Of a DNA stretch of 64,000 nt, positions 46,844-57,125 are shown one piece after another. Position 1 is the stretch's first letter. Each line of letters opens with the position of its first letter. The notes under the pieces are model-generated. The model was not told the origin of the DNA and made no database searches. It saw only the letters and a list, made by a program, of their open reading frames with translations. Position numbers and translations under genes: made by a program. Source of the DNA: a virus; the IMG/VR virus record IMGVR_UViG_3300043775_002158, positions 41,375 to 105,374 of that record; one strand, 5' to 3'.

Positions 46844-48778
46844 TTAATGTTTCATTAATGCACCAACAGGTACACCTGACGCTTTAGGTATTGATATAAA
46901 TGGTGTTTTTGCTAAATTATCGGCAAGTCCCTCAATGGCTGCTGAATGTGATAATAGATGATAATTAGGTTCTCCATTTACATCTCCTGTTGGGATACCC
47001 ATTGCCTCCATTTTTTCATTAACATCCATAGATGTTTTAACGGCACTAAAACCAGGTAATTTATCTGCAATTAATAAAAGGACGTTTGGTATATTCAAAC
47101 CCCCCGACGCACTTAATGCACCGTCAATTGCAGCACCAATTGCACCAATTAAATCCGCACAGTTATTTATTCCAGTTTCAATTATTCTTTTTAATAATGC
47201 AATCAACGCAGCAATTACTATATAATATCTTCTAAACTTATCTCTTAATATTTTTTGTATTATTCTTTTTAAAAAATTCTTAAGATCGGCTTTAACTCTT
47301 TTCCAAAACTCACGTAAAAATTTCCAAAACAATTGGTTAATTGTACATAAGAAAATCTTTTTCAATAATTTCATTATTGTTTTTACATCGAATATCAATT
47401 GTTTTGCTCCCGCTGTAAATAATTTATAAATTATTACAAATGGTAAAAACATTTTAGGTGATATTACACTCATTATTAAAGCCTTAGGTATGTTGAAGAT
47501 AAAAGATAAATTTATGGATAATTGAAAACTAGGTAAATCGATCGCAAAATTAGATTGTTCGTATGCATCTGACGCGGCTTTATTTAATGCTCCATCTATC
47601 CATGTTCTTTGATCTGTCTTATCTTCTAAATAAATGAAGTCCTCAATATGAACCGTATTGTAAGGAACCTCATAGTTATTACAATCCACAAATTTTAAAA
47701 CTTTTCTTCTTCTTGCATCTTCAGAATCTATATCAATTCCTTCAACATCGTCAAAATCAAAATAAAATTCATCGGGTTCTTCATTTTCATGAAATAGATT
47801 TGTTGGAGTTTGTCCACTCAATTGTTCAGTTTGGTTATTACAAAAAGCGAACAATTTATTTAACATTCTTTCCAAGTTATTAATTGCCTCATCTAATGAA
47901 GGGGTAAAATCTAAAGGATTTTCCATTCCTGTTGCAGATCCTCCGACTTTTACACCGGTTTTATCCGCGCTGACACTGGCGGCTTTTAAAGTAAGTAACA
48001 TCGCTTTCTTTACAATTTCATTTAAATCTGGCATTTCTATATTTGAATAATAATCATTAAAGAAATCTTCTACTTTAATAATACCATATTGTCCAAGACC
48101 CGGACCCTGTGTTAATCCACTTATTTGAAATGTTTGATCACTTGTACTCCAAGTTGATGTAAATAATGTTTTATTACTTGGTGTTTCATATTCAAATGTT
48201 CCTCCTGTAAATGAATTATATAGTCCTGTATTTACTTGAACTTTATTACCCCCCGTTCTTTTGGGGTTTTCATACATTATTGCACCATAATCACTTTTTG
48301 GTGGAACTCTAAACATATTTAAAAAATCAATCTCTTTTGGTGAAATAACTACAGAGTCCATATCGGCACCTGTAAGAAATCGATCAGTACCACATATTCC
48401 TCCATTTGCAAAAAACGCACTTTTAACGCAATCCATTAAAATTTGTTTTGCGGAATTAGATGTGACTTCTACAGAATCAATAACGTGTTGTCTTAATCTT
48501 TGAGTAGATTGAAATCTACTTGAGTCATTAACTCTTCTACCTGCTTCTAAAAATTTATTTACTACACTAATAACTTCCTCAAAAATATTTTTTTGATTTT
48601 GTTTTTTCTTTTTTTTGTTTGCTAACTTAGATTTAAACTGTTCTAATTTAGCATCTAAATTTGGTAATTTAGGGGCATGTTTTTTAATAAAGTCATCAGA
48701 ATTAATTTCCATTTTAACTGACGCACTATCAACACTTTTCTGAATTAAATCAATTTTGGTCTTTAATTTATCAAACAT
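46844..48778 (-). CDS. hypothetical protein (possibly structural)
   Basis: 644-aa ORF in operon. Confidence 0.75.
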   Translation of the reverse strand: MFDKLKTKIDLIQKSVDSASVKMEINSDDFIKKHAPKLPNLDAKLEQFKSKLANKKKKKQNQKNIFEEVISVVNKFLEAGRRVNDSSRFQSTQRLRQHVIDSVEVTSNSAKQILMDCVKSAFFANGGICGTDRFLTGADMDSVVISPKEIDFLNMFRVPPKSDYGAIMYENPKRTGGNKVQVNTGLYNSFTGGTFEYETPSNKTLFTSTWSTSDQTFQISGLTQGPGLGQYGIIKVEDFFNDYYSNIEMPDLNEIVKKAMLLTLKAASVSADKTGVKVGGSATGMENPLDFTPSLDEAINNLERMLNKLFAFCNNQTEQLSGQTPTNLFHENEEPDEFYFDFDDVEGIDIDSEDARRRKVLKFVDCNNYEVPYNTVHIEDFIYLEDKTDQRTWIDGALNKAASDAYEQSNFAIDLPSFQLSINLSFIFNIPKALIMSVISPKMFLPFVIIYKLFTAGAKQLIFDVKTIMKLLKKIFLCTINQLFWKFLREFWKRVKADLKNFLKRIIQKILRDKFRRYYIVIAALIALLKRIIETGINNCADLIGAIGAAIDGALSASGGLNIPNVLLLIADKLPGFSAVKTSMDVNEKMEAMGIPTGDVNGEPNYHLLSHSAAIEGLADNLAKTPFISIPKASGVPVGALMKH

Positions 48779-49155
48779 TATAATGAATAGTTAGTTGATT
48801 TATTATCATTTCCGTCATTAACCAATCTATCCAAAATCTCACGATCTTCGTCAGATAAAGTCAATTTACCCATAGAACCTCCACCACCCGGTCCCGCTGT
48901 AGTTTGTTTAAGTAAAACACTTTGTAATTTAACTAATGAAATTTTCTTTTCCGTACAATCGTTAAGGATTTTCTGTTGTTCTTTAATAACAGGACCAATT
49001 GTACTCATGTCTTCAGCGTCCTTCATAAAACTCATCATTTTTCTTAAAATGGTTGAGGCGGTATTTCTATTCTCAACGACATCGTTGTAGATCTCCTGCA
49101 TTAAGGCTAACGCCGAATCAACATCTAATGTAATATTGTTTCTTTGTGTTCTCAT
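48778..49155 (-). CDS. hypothetical coiled-coil protein
   Basis: 125-aa ORF; late-type motif upstream. Confidence 0.7.
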   Translation of the reverse strand: MRTQRNNITLDVDSALALMQEIYNDVVENRNTASTILRKMMSFMKDAEDMSTIGPVIKEQQKILNDCTEKKISLVKLQSVLLKQTTAGPGGGGSMGKLTLSDEDREILDRLVNDGNDNKSTNYSL

Positions 49156-49169
49156 ATCAATAAATAGAT

Positions 49170-49871
49170 TTATTCTAAAAACCCACCCAAAATACCGTCA
49201 TATAATTTCTTATAACGTTTTAGGGAGACTCTAATCTCTTTTGTTGATAATGAGGTCATTTCTCTTAAAGAGAGTAAAATAAGGTTCTTATTGAATTTAT
49301 TACCATCTCCTACTTGGAAAATCTTATCAAAATTCCCAAATATCTCTAATAATGCATATCCTAATTTTCTTTCATTATCTGAAATATTTTTCTCTTTCTC
49401 AATAAAATTTTCTAAATCAATTGTAAGTTTTGTAATAACAGAACTATAATCAATAATATGTTCGTCAATTATAAAGGACAATTTTGGATCATCTTCAAAA
49501 TCTGATGAAATATCATCATATGATACTTGTCTGTTCTGTTCTTTAGTATCTTTCTGTATTGCTCCCATAAGGTAGTTTTTACAGATTGTACCAAAATAAG
49601 AATAAGCTTTAGTATTTTTTGTGTGATCAAACTTGTTGATCTTGGTTATAAGAAAAGACATGGTATCCGTATGAATTTCTTCAAATTCCATATCTTTTCT
49701 ATAAAGTTTATAACGTCGAATAATTGATTCGACCATTATAATTAGGGGTTCTCGTAAATATTCGTTGAATATCTTATTTTTTTCTGCTTCATCAGTACTT
49801 TCTAAGTAATTGACTACCGCCTTCTCTTGATCCTCCCCAAAATAAATTTTTTGGGTTCTTGGTCTTGGCAT
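49170..49871 (-). CDS. phage sigma factor, T4 gp55-like late sigma candidate
   Basis: KINKFDHTKNTKAYSYFGTICKNYL (sigma region 2), C-terminal helix-turn-helix-like LREMTSLSTKEIR. Confidence 0.75.
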   Translation of the reverse strand: MPRPRTQKIYFGEDQEKAVVNYLESTDEAEKNKIFNEYLREPLIIMVESIIRRYKLYRKDMEFEEIHTDTMSFLITKINKFDHTKNTKAYSYFGTICKNYLMGAIQKDTKEQNRQVSYDDISSDFEDDPKLSFIIDEHIIDYSSVITKLTIDLENFIEKEKNISDNERKLGYALLEIFGNFDKIFQVGDGNKFNKNLILLSLREMTSLSTKEIRVSLKRYKKLYDGILGGFLE

Positions 49872-50650
49872 TAAGCTACTTCATAATTTACGTCTCGTTT
49901 ATTTTTAAAGAAAAATTCTTTCTTTGCGGTCTCCAACCAAAACTTAGCTTCATCTTCAGAAAGTTTATTTGCTTCATCATTTTTATATGACCAAAATAAT
50001 GAATCTTCTCTGAAGTTTAAGTGTTGATATCCTACACGTGGAACTGTCATAATTTTAACATTATTATGTGTTAATCTTAATAAAAACTCATAACCAAATG
50101 TTAGTTTAATATTCTCCTTTAATGAACCGTTGTCTTTAATAACTTGAGTCTTATATAATCCTCCACTAATTTGGTAGTTTTGGAAATCTAATAAAACCTC
50201 ATTATCTAACATACCTTGTTTTTCGGTAAATCCATAAGCCCATGTAGATTCATTTGTAAAACTTACAAAATTTCCCTCAACATTAATATCCTTAACAACT
50301 GGTAAAAAAACATCAACATCTTCATATTTTTTAGCATACTCATTCGTGGATTTTAACCAAATAGATTTGTATTCATCATCCATTTCTAAAATACTAAACC
50401 ATTCGGTATTACATTTTTCAATACCTAAATTAATTTGAGAACAAAAATCAGTTTTACCATTATTAGAAATAATTTCAATTTCTAAAACTTCTGAAAGATT
50501 GATTAATTCTGAGGTTAATGTAGTTGGAGCCACGATAAACAATTTAACATCATTATGAAATTGTTCAACTGATTTAATAGAATTATCTAACATTTCTTTA
50601 TAAATGCCATCTATTTTATGTACAGGTAAAATTACTGTTATATTTTTCAT
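49871..50650 (-). CDS. glycosyltransferase family 2
   Basis: ITVILPVH, INLGI, FSILEMDD, EFLLRL. Confidence 0.85.
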   Translation of the reverse strand: MKNITVILPVHKIDGIYKEMLDNSIKSVEQFHNDVKLFIVAPTTLTSELINLSEVLEIEIISNNGKTDFCSQINLGIEKCNTEWFSILEMDDEYKSIWLKSTNEYAKKYEDVDVFLPVVKDINVEGNFVSFTNESTWAYGFTEKQGMLDNEVLLDFQNYQISGGLYKTQVIKDNGSLKENIKLTFGYEFLLRLTHNNVKIMTVPRVGYQHLNFREDSLFWSYKNDEANKLSEDEAKFWLETAKKEFFFKNKRDVNYEVA

Positions 50651-50651
50651 A

Positions 50652-51707
50652 TTATTCTTCTTCTTTTTTTAAGTTTTCTAATGCCTTAGATAAAGTTTCA
50701 ATCCTTTTATTAGTAAATGAATTGAAAATAGATAAGATATTATTTTTAGTTATTTCAGTATCATATGGTAATAAAGTATCTTTCATTTTTTGTTTTACTT
50801 CTTCTGTTAATTCAACACCGTCTAACCAAGCCAAAACGTAAGTACCTAAAATGTCAACTAATTTAGTTTCGTCATATGTCCACATACCATTTTCTGTCAA
50901 CCAATCAGGTTCAGTATTTGGTATTTTACCAATAACAGGTACATTTGATTTCATAGATTCTAAAGGGAATGTACCAAAAGTAGATTCATCATCAACCCAT
51001 AAAGAAACCATACAATCTTTTAATGATTCTGAAAATTCTTCATAAGACATTTGTACCATATCTTTAAAAGTAATCCAACGTAAATGTGGATATTTGATAT
51101 AGAATTCGGAAATTAATTTTCTATGTTTAACTCTATCTCTACAACTAATTGCAATATAAGGTTTAATGATGTCATCACTATGTTTAAAATTATCACCAAT
51201 AATTGGAGGAATAATGTGAACTAAAGATTCAGGAAACAATTCTTGAACATATTTTTTACTTGATTCAGTGGTTACGATTACACGATCAAATCCATAATCA
51301 CTCCAACGACTACCTACTGGTAATGTCTCAAAAATATATTCTTTTTGTTGTATTAACATTACTTTAGTACATCTAATATTTGACAATTGTTGTAAGACAT
51401 TTGAATAATATTCGGGAACCACAATTACATCATCAATTAAGATATTAATTTTATCTTCTTTAATTGATACGACATCTAAAACATTATATTTTTCACCTAA
51501 CCATTCAGGTGTCGTATATGTTTTATCTTCAACTAAAATTTTTGGATTACTTCCATTTTCTTTTAGAGTTAAAGCAATATCGTAAATGTGTTTTACTGCA
51601 GCTCTAGCGTTATTTTTAGTATCATACGTTAAAAAATATATAACGTTTTCTTTTGTTTCTAACCTTCCTAAGGCTGATTCAATTTTTTCTATGTTTTCTT
51701 TACTCAT
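50652..51707 (-). CDS. GT-B glycosyltransferase-like protein
   Basis: VIVVPE, STFGTFPLESMKSNVPVIG. Confidence 0.75.
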   Translation of the reverse strand: MSKENIEKIESALGRLETKENVIYFLTYDTKNNARAAVKHIYDIALTLKENGSNPKILVEDKTYTTPEWLGEKYNVLDVVSIKEDKINILIDDVIVVPEYYSNVLQQLSNIRCTKVMLIQQKEYIFETLPVGSRWSDYGFDRVIVTTESSKKYVQELFPESLVHIIPPIIGDNFKHSDDIIKPYIAISCRDRVKHRKLISEFYIKYPHLRWITFKDMVQMSYEEFSESLKDCMVSLWVDDESTFGTFPLESMKSNVPVIGKIPNTEPDWLTENGMWTYDETKLVDILGTYVLAWLDGVELTEEVKQKMKDTLLPYDTEITKNNILSIFNSFTNKRIETLSKALENLKKEEE

Positions 51708-51984
51708 CTTCGTCTTCTATTAAAATTTGATTTTTTATTAATGTGTTAAATGCTATTTTGAAAGATACTGATGTTCCTTCTTGTGCAAATTTCCCCAATT
51801 CTTCGTCAACTTCGTCAATTTCACCTAAAACTCTATCCAAACACATTTTAATCACTTCGTATTTGAATATGTTTACTTCAGTTACTTCTGTTCCGTCTTC
51901 GTCAGGGACTGTTCCTCCTGTTCTACATTTTTCTGTGATTCCGTCAAGGTCAATGTAGTAGGATTTTCCAAAGATTTCAACCAT
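51700..51984 (-). CDS. hypothetical protein
   Basis: 94-aa ORF overlapping the upstream gene by ~100 nt. Confidence 0.7.
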   Translation of the reverse strand: MVEIFGKSYYIDLDGITEKCRTGGTVPDEDGTEVTEVNIFKYEVIKMCLDRVLGEIDEVDEELGKFAQEGTSVSFKIAFNTLIKNQILIEDEDE

Positions 51985-52568
51985 AAGTTTTGTATTTCAA
52001 TTAATTTAGATATTTCTTTATCATAAGTAAAGAATTGATTATAAGTGGTGTTGAATTTAATTCCAGTTTTATTCTCGGGAACTAAGTCTATAATCTTTTT
52101 GTTATCAGTGATCCACATATCACATTGATTCCAATTAGATTCAATATCTTTAGTTCTAATAAATTTTATATTATTACCAAGAAAACCATTTTTAGATAAA
52201 AAGAATAATGTCGCAGGTTTTGCTTTACCCATTTCATCTAAACCCACTAATGTAAAATTATGCTCGGGATTATCATACAAAATTTTGTGTAACTCGGTAA
52301 AGGTAGTTGAGTAACTTAATCCGGCGTGACCAAATATTTCAATAGGATATTCAATAAATAAAAAGTTTTCAAACTCTTCTTGTGATTGAAATTTGTGAGA
52401 ATTTAAAAGATTATCATTTTGAATAGGTTCGGTAACAGCATATTCAAATGTATTTTCTTCTTCACCTTCAATTATAATGTCACTATTAAAATATGATTCA
52501 TTATAATGATAATCAAATTTTTGAATTGTATTTCTTAAAACCCCATCAATACTAATGTATATTTCCAT
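51882..52568 (-). CDS. HAD-fold 5'(3')-nucleotidase-like protein with degenerate motif I
   Basis: ISIDGVLRN, ATLFFL, WITDN, TTYN. Confidence 0.65.
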   Translation of the reverse strand: MEIYISIDGVLRNTIQKFDYHYNESYFNSDIIIEGEEENTFEYAVTEPIQNDNLLNSHKFQSQEEFENFLFIEYPIEIFGHAGLSYSTTFTELHKILYDNPEHNFTLVGLDEMGKAKPATLFFLSKNGFLGNNIKFIRTKDIESNWNQCDMWITDNKKIIDLVPENKTGIKFNTTYNQFFTYDKEISKLIEIQNLWLKSLENPTTLTLTESQKNVEQEEQSLTKTEQK

Positions 52569-52605
52569 TAGAAAAATATACAACGAATTGAGTTATAAGT
52601 AAATA

Positions 52606-53334
52606 CTATTCGTATCTATTTAAAATTTCTCCGATGATTGGGTTTCTTACAATATCTTCCATACCGAATTCAAAGATTCCAATTCCCTTAACATCTTGTA
52701 ATCTTTTCTTCGCATCGTATAAACCAGATTTTGTTTTATCTCTGAATTTATCTGATTGTTCAAGATCACCTGAAATAAAGAATTTAGAATTAAATCCAAT
52801 ACGAGTTAATAATAACTTAATCTGTGATGGTGTGGCATTTTGAGCCTCTTCAAAAACAAGGATAGTATTATCTACGTTCCAACCTCTCATATAAGCAAGT
52901 GCCGCAACTTCAATATAACCTTGATCTTTTAATTCTTCTCTCGCCTCTTTACCTATAATTTTATTTAATAGATAATATGATGGATAAATGTATGGATCTA
53001 ATTTCTCTTCTAAACCCCCTGGAAGTGATCCTAATTTCTCTTCAGCTTCAACTGCGGGTCTAACTATGATAATCTTCTCATACTTGTTAGAATCGTCATA
53101 TAATAGGTCTACTGCACGTTTCATTGCTATGTAGGACTTACCCACACCTGCAGGACCGAAACATAATGTAATTTGATTTTCTCCAAGAATATTCCAATAG
53201 GTTTCTTGGTTTTTAGTGAGGAACTTTTCTTTAGGACGTTTGATGATTTGTCTTATCCTATCTTTATGTGATATTTTTTTCTCTTCTATTAATACGGGTG
53301 GTTGGATTGTTTTGGTTCTAGTTTTATATGCCAA
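52606..53334 (-). CDS. phoH: PhoH family ATPase
   Basis: GPAGVGKS, RPAVE, LGSLPG, YMRG, EEAQN, GDLEQSD, IVRN. Confidence 0.95.
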   Translation of the reverse strand: MAYKTRTKTIQPPVLIEEKKISHKDRIRQIIKRPKEKFLTKNQETYWNILGENQITLCFGPAGVGKSYIAMKRAVDLLYDDSNKYEKIIIVRPAVEAEEKLGSLPGGLEEKLDPYIYPSYYLLNKIIGKEAREELKDQGYIEVAALAYMRGWNVDNTILVFEEAQNATPSQIKLLLTRIGFNSKFFISGDLEQSDKFRDKTKSGLYDAKKRLQDVKGIGIFEFGMEDIVRNPIIGEILNRYE

Positions 53335-53377
53335 AATTGTTAGTTTTAAAAGTTCTGTTTATTGTTTATAAATATCA

Positions 53378-54010
53378 CTATTTTCCCGTAGATCCAAATC
53401 CACCAGATCCTCTTTCAGTATCAGATAATTCAGGAACCTCAGTCATATATATGGTAGGATAAGGTAATATAATAATTTGAGCACCCCTTTCACCAATTTT
53501 GTATTTAATTGAGTCTAAACCTTGAGTTTTCTTAAATGTTGCTTGTAATTCACCTCTATATCCACTATCAATAACACCTACACAATTTGATAGTATTAAA
53601 TCTTGGTTACGTACAGATGAACGTGGAAAAACTAACCCAACATAACCTTTAGGAATTTCCATTGCAATACCAAAACCGTACGATACACTAAGTGATGTGT
53701 TTTCAATTTCTTTTGTAATTGTTAAATCCATACCAGCATCACCAACTTTTGAATATGATGGGATTACCGCATTTGTGTCTAATTTTTTAACCTTAACTAA
53801 AACGCCACCACCCGTCATCGTTGGTTGAGTGTTAATTATATTTTCTTCAGTAACAGGTTGAATTGGTTGTAATTCTTCTTGTAATTTTGTCAACAATTCA
53901 TTTAATTCCGACATGAAATTTAAATCTAAATCATCTTCATTATCGGTTCCGATTGTTTTTTCAAAATCTTCTAATTTTTTTAAATATTCTTCAGCTTCTT
54001 TTTGGTCCAT
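53378..54010 (-). CDS. dut: trimeric dUTPase with acidic N-terminal extension
   Basis: DAGMDL, PRSS, GVIDSGYRGE, GERGAQ, RGSGGFGSTG. Confidence 0.95.
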   Translation of the reverse strand: MDQKEAEEYLKKLEDFEKTIGTDNEDDLDLNFMSELNELLTKLQEELQPIQPVTEENIINTQPTMTGGGVLVKVKKLDTNAVIPSYSKVGDAGMDLTITKEIENTSLSVSYGFGIAMEIPKGYVGLVFPRSSVRNQDLILSNCVGVIDSGYRGELQATFKKTQGLDSIKYKIGERGAQIIILPYPTIYMTEVPELSDTERGSGGFGSTGK

Positions 54011-54011
54011 T

Positions 54012-54227
54012 TTATTTATTTTTCTTTTCTTCTAACCATTTATCTAACGCCTTAATTCTTTGTTTAAGGTTGTCATCTTGTGGACGTAAACATATTTCCA
54101 CAAATAAATCGGTAATTCTTACCAATTCTTCAAGAGTAACAGAAACACCAACTGATGTTACATATTCCAACGCCATTTTACTTTGTGATTGACGCATGAT
54201 TTGTATTTCACGACTATAAAATTCCAT
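54012..54227 (-). CDS. hypothetical protein
   Basis: 71-aa ORF in operon. Confidence 0.7.
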   Translation of the reverse strand: MEFYSREIQIMRQSQSKMALEYVTSVGVSVTLEELVRITDLFVEICLRPQDDNLKQRIKALDKWLEEKKNK

Positions 54228-54247
54228 ATCAGTTGGTGTTTAAATTG

Positions 54248-54484
54248 TTATTTTGATTTGTAATACTCTGGAGTGTTCTTTGAATCGATGATACATTCAA
54301 TTGCCATTTTTGCAACTGAAATACTTTCACTAGATCGAACGTCTCCTGCTCTGTATTTCGATGCAACAATCGTCGCCTCTTCTACAGTCTCAGCTTCAAT
54401 AATGTATTTTAATTTTTGAAGACGAGGGTTTCCTGCTCTGTCCATTTGTTCGGTCTCATAACCGATTGTAACTAAATAATGCAT
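54248..54484 (-). CDS. hypothetical protein
   Basis: 78-aa ORF in operon. Confidence 0.7.
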   Translation of the reverse strand: MHYLVTIGYETEQMDRAGNPRLQKLKYIIEAETVEEATIVASKYRAGDVRSSESISVAKMAIECIIDSKNTPEYYKSK

Positions 54485-54490
54485 GTTGTT

Positions 54491-55711
54491 TTATTTTATT
54501 ATTGATTTAAAAAATTCTACTCTATCTTTACATACTTTTTTTAATGAGTATGTGTCTTTAACTGTTTCATATAAACGATTACCCAAGTCTTCAATCATAT
54601 TAGGATTCTCAACTAAACGTTTCATATGTTTTGCCCAATCTTTATGGTTCTTCTTAGATCCTACTAATAATGCGTTTCCCTTATCGTTGAACTTACCTTC
54701 ATCAACTGCAGAAATTAAATCGATTGTAAATGGATCGACATCACTTGCAATAATTGCCTTCTTAAAGAATCCCGCTTCAATTACTTTTAATTGTGATTTG
54801 TTTGCGTTAAATACGGACTCAACTAATGGAGCTAATGAAACATCAAACGTGTTATAGTTTGTTGCATAACTATTAATATCTTTTGTCCATCTTCTTCTAT
54901 ATGGTTCATTTATGTCGTTATAATCTCCTTGGGTAAATGTTCCTAAATAAGATTTATATTCAGGACTTAATACTTTAAAATCATCTGTGAAAAATCCTTC
55001 GTATTTATACCAAACAGTTTCCATTGGTTGAATCGGTCTTTGTTCTTGTTTACCATTTTGATCAATAACAGTAACACTGCCTCTTGTATCAAATCCACAC
55101 AAAACAAATTGAACTTTATCTTTAAATAAATTGTGAGTTGATGAAATACCATTTGACATTAACTCTAAATCGTGTAAATGTGATGATCCTCCTAACCAAC
55201 CAAATCTTACTTTATCTGATTGGACAGGTTTATTTTGAAACTGTGGTTCATCTTCATTTACCGCATTTGGAAAAACAACAACATTATTAATTTTTAATCT
55301 TTCCTTAATTGTTTGAGCAAATATTGAAGTGGTTGTTGAAACATAATCAACGGTTTTTAACATGTCGATTTTCATCTCACCAATTTTATTCATTTTAATT
55401 GCGTGATACATCGGATGTCTTTGATCAACGAACCATAAATCGTCAATATCCATTACGGTAATAATACCTTTTGATTTTAACCATTTAATTCTATTAATGT
55501 TATGTTCGTGATTTGTTTGATGAATAAAAGTATGAAAAACTACAATATCGTAGTTTAAAAAATAATCATCTCTATCTTCCGCATTGTACGAAATATCTAC
55601 GTGAATATCTTCCGAGTGTTTATCTGAAATGAACACAAATGGATCCATTACTCTAAACTTACCTACACCATGTTTATCCGATGGGATTGCTAAAATTCTA
55701 ATTTTTGACAT
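54491..55711 (-). CDS. GT-B glycosyltransferase
   Basis: MDIDD, VFPNA, FGWLGGSSH, DVSLAPL...FNANKSQLKVIEAG. Confidence 0.88.
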   Translation of the reverse strand: MSKIRILAIPSDKHGVGKFRVMDPFVFISDKHSEDIHVDISYNAEDRDDYFLNYDIVVFHTFIHQTNHEHNINRIKWLKSKGIITVMDIDDLWFVDQRHPMYHAIKMNKIGEMKIDMLKTVDYVSTTTSIFAQTIKERLKINNVVVFPNAVNEDEPQFQNKPVQSDKVRFGWLGGSSHLHDLELMSNGISSTHNLFKDKVQFVLCGFDTRGSVTVIDQNGKQEQRPIQPMETVWYKYEGFFTDDFKVLSPEYKSYLGTFTQGDYNDINEPYRRRWTKDINSYATNYNTFDVSLAPLVESVFNANKSQLKVIEAGFFKKAIIASDVDPFTIDLISAVDEGKFNDKGNALLVGSKKNHKDWAKHMKRLVENPNMIEDLGNRLYETVKDTYSLKKVCKDRVEFFKSIIK

Positions 55712-55763
55712 TTAAATTAACTTATATGTCTAAAATATAACTAAAAAATTTGAGAAAACAAAA

Positions 55764-56345
55764 TTACTTCGCTTTATTTACACCTGTAATTTTACCCTTA
55801 AAAATAGAATCTCCCACCTTTAATACTAAATTCTCATTAATAGATGATGTTGTAGATGCACTAAGGATTTGATTTAATTTTTCATCCATTACTTTACGAA
55901 CTGTGTTTTCAATAAGAACGGCAATTGCGTTCATATCAATATTACCACCAGACGATTGTCTTTGTTGTGGTTGTGATTTTTTTGATGAAACTCCCTCTTG
56001 TTCCATTAAACGTTTTGCACCTTTAACAAAGTCCATATCTAAAGTTTCGTTTAAAGATATAGATTGCATTTGTTCTATTGGGTGGTCGATCATCGCTTGT
56101 TTAATTGCAGGAGATAATTTTGAGTTCATTATTTTATCGACATTCATATTACCACCGACAGGTCTTGTATTAGTTTGTTGTGGAAGTTGTGATTCCATCA
56201 ATTCAGATGGGTCAGATAATAACATTTCACTATTAACATGACCTCTTTCGAAGTTTCCTCCATCTACTTTATTCATTACTTTCTTAGCTTGAACTAATTT
56301 TTTCATTAAATCGTTTTGTGATATTGCTCCTTGACCTTGTGACAT
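55764..56345 (-). CDS. hypothetical protein
   Basis: 193-aa ORF. Confidence 0.75.
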   Translation of the reverse strand: MSQGQGAISQNDLMKKLVQAKKVMNKVDGGNFERGHVNSEMLLSDPSELMESQLPQQTNTRPVGGNMNVDKIMNSKLSPAIKQAMIDHPIEQMQSISLNETLDMDFVKGAKRLMEQEGVSSKKSQPQQRQSSGGNIDMNAIAVLIENTVRKVMDEKLNQILSASTTSSINENLVLKVGDSIFKGKITGVNKAK

Positions 56346-56378
56346 ACTATTAAATATTTTATACTATAATATACTTTT

Positions 56379-57125
56379 TTAAGAAAACATTAAATGCTTA
56401 ATCTTTTTAATACTTTCCTGTAAATTTTTATTTTCCTCATCTTCCTCAGGATTTGGTTCTGGTTTTTCTGCTGACTTTGGTTGAGGTAATTCTTTTGGTT
56501 TTTCTGAGTCAGGTTCAACCCCCGTTGGTTCAGAAGGTTTTGGTTCTTCTTTTGGTGGGGTTACTAACTTCTCAGGTTTTGTTTTAGGTTTTGGTTGTGG
56601 TAATTCTGTCGTCTTCGGTTCTTGCGGAGCAACAGGTTCAACTTTTGGAGTTGGTTCTATTGGAGTAGTCACCGAAGGTTTTGATTTTAAAATTCTTGGT
56701 TTTTTAACTTCAGGTTTGTTAGTCCAATCTGTCGTCACATATGTTACTGTCATCGACTTATCATCACCTTCTTTATAATCAGGTCTTTTTTGATCGAACT
56801 TTTTATCACTTACTTTTAAATTACCCATACGACTAACCATAAAAGTTCTCCATCCTGTTTTATCAAATCCTTTTTTAGAAACCGATGGTGGTTGAACATA
56901 TGCACGAACAACTAAATTACCTCGTTTACTTAATCCTAATGCCACCGCTTCGGCATCAATTCTATTACCTTGTTTAACACTATCTTTTGCAGGTTTTTTA
57001 GGACCCGTATAGAAAAAAGAAATCTTATTCCTATTTTTGATTGCATCAACAATGGGTTTAGTTTTAGATGTCTTTAAAATATTTTGTTCTTCAAGTATGT
57101 CGAAGATTGTGTTAATAAAACTCAT
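56379..57125 (-). CDS. WYL-like domain protein with Pro/Glu/Lys tail
   Basis: AIKNRNKISFFY...R...EAVALG...VRAY...WRTFMVSRM. Confidence 0.65.
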   Translation of the reverse strand: MSFINTIFDILEEQNILKTSKTKPIVDAIKNRNKISFFYTGPKKPAKDSVKQGNRIDAEAVALGLSKRGNLVVRAYVQPPSVSKKGFDKTGWRTFMVSRMGNLKVSDKKFDQKRPDYKEGDDKSMTVTYVTTDWTNKPEVKKPRILKSKPSVTTPIEPTPKVEPVAPQEPKTTELPQPKPKTKPEKLVTPPKEEPKPSEPTGVEPDSEKPKELPQPKSAEKPEPNPEEDEENKNLQESIKKIKHLMFS

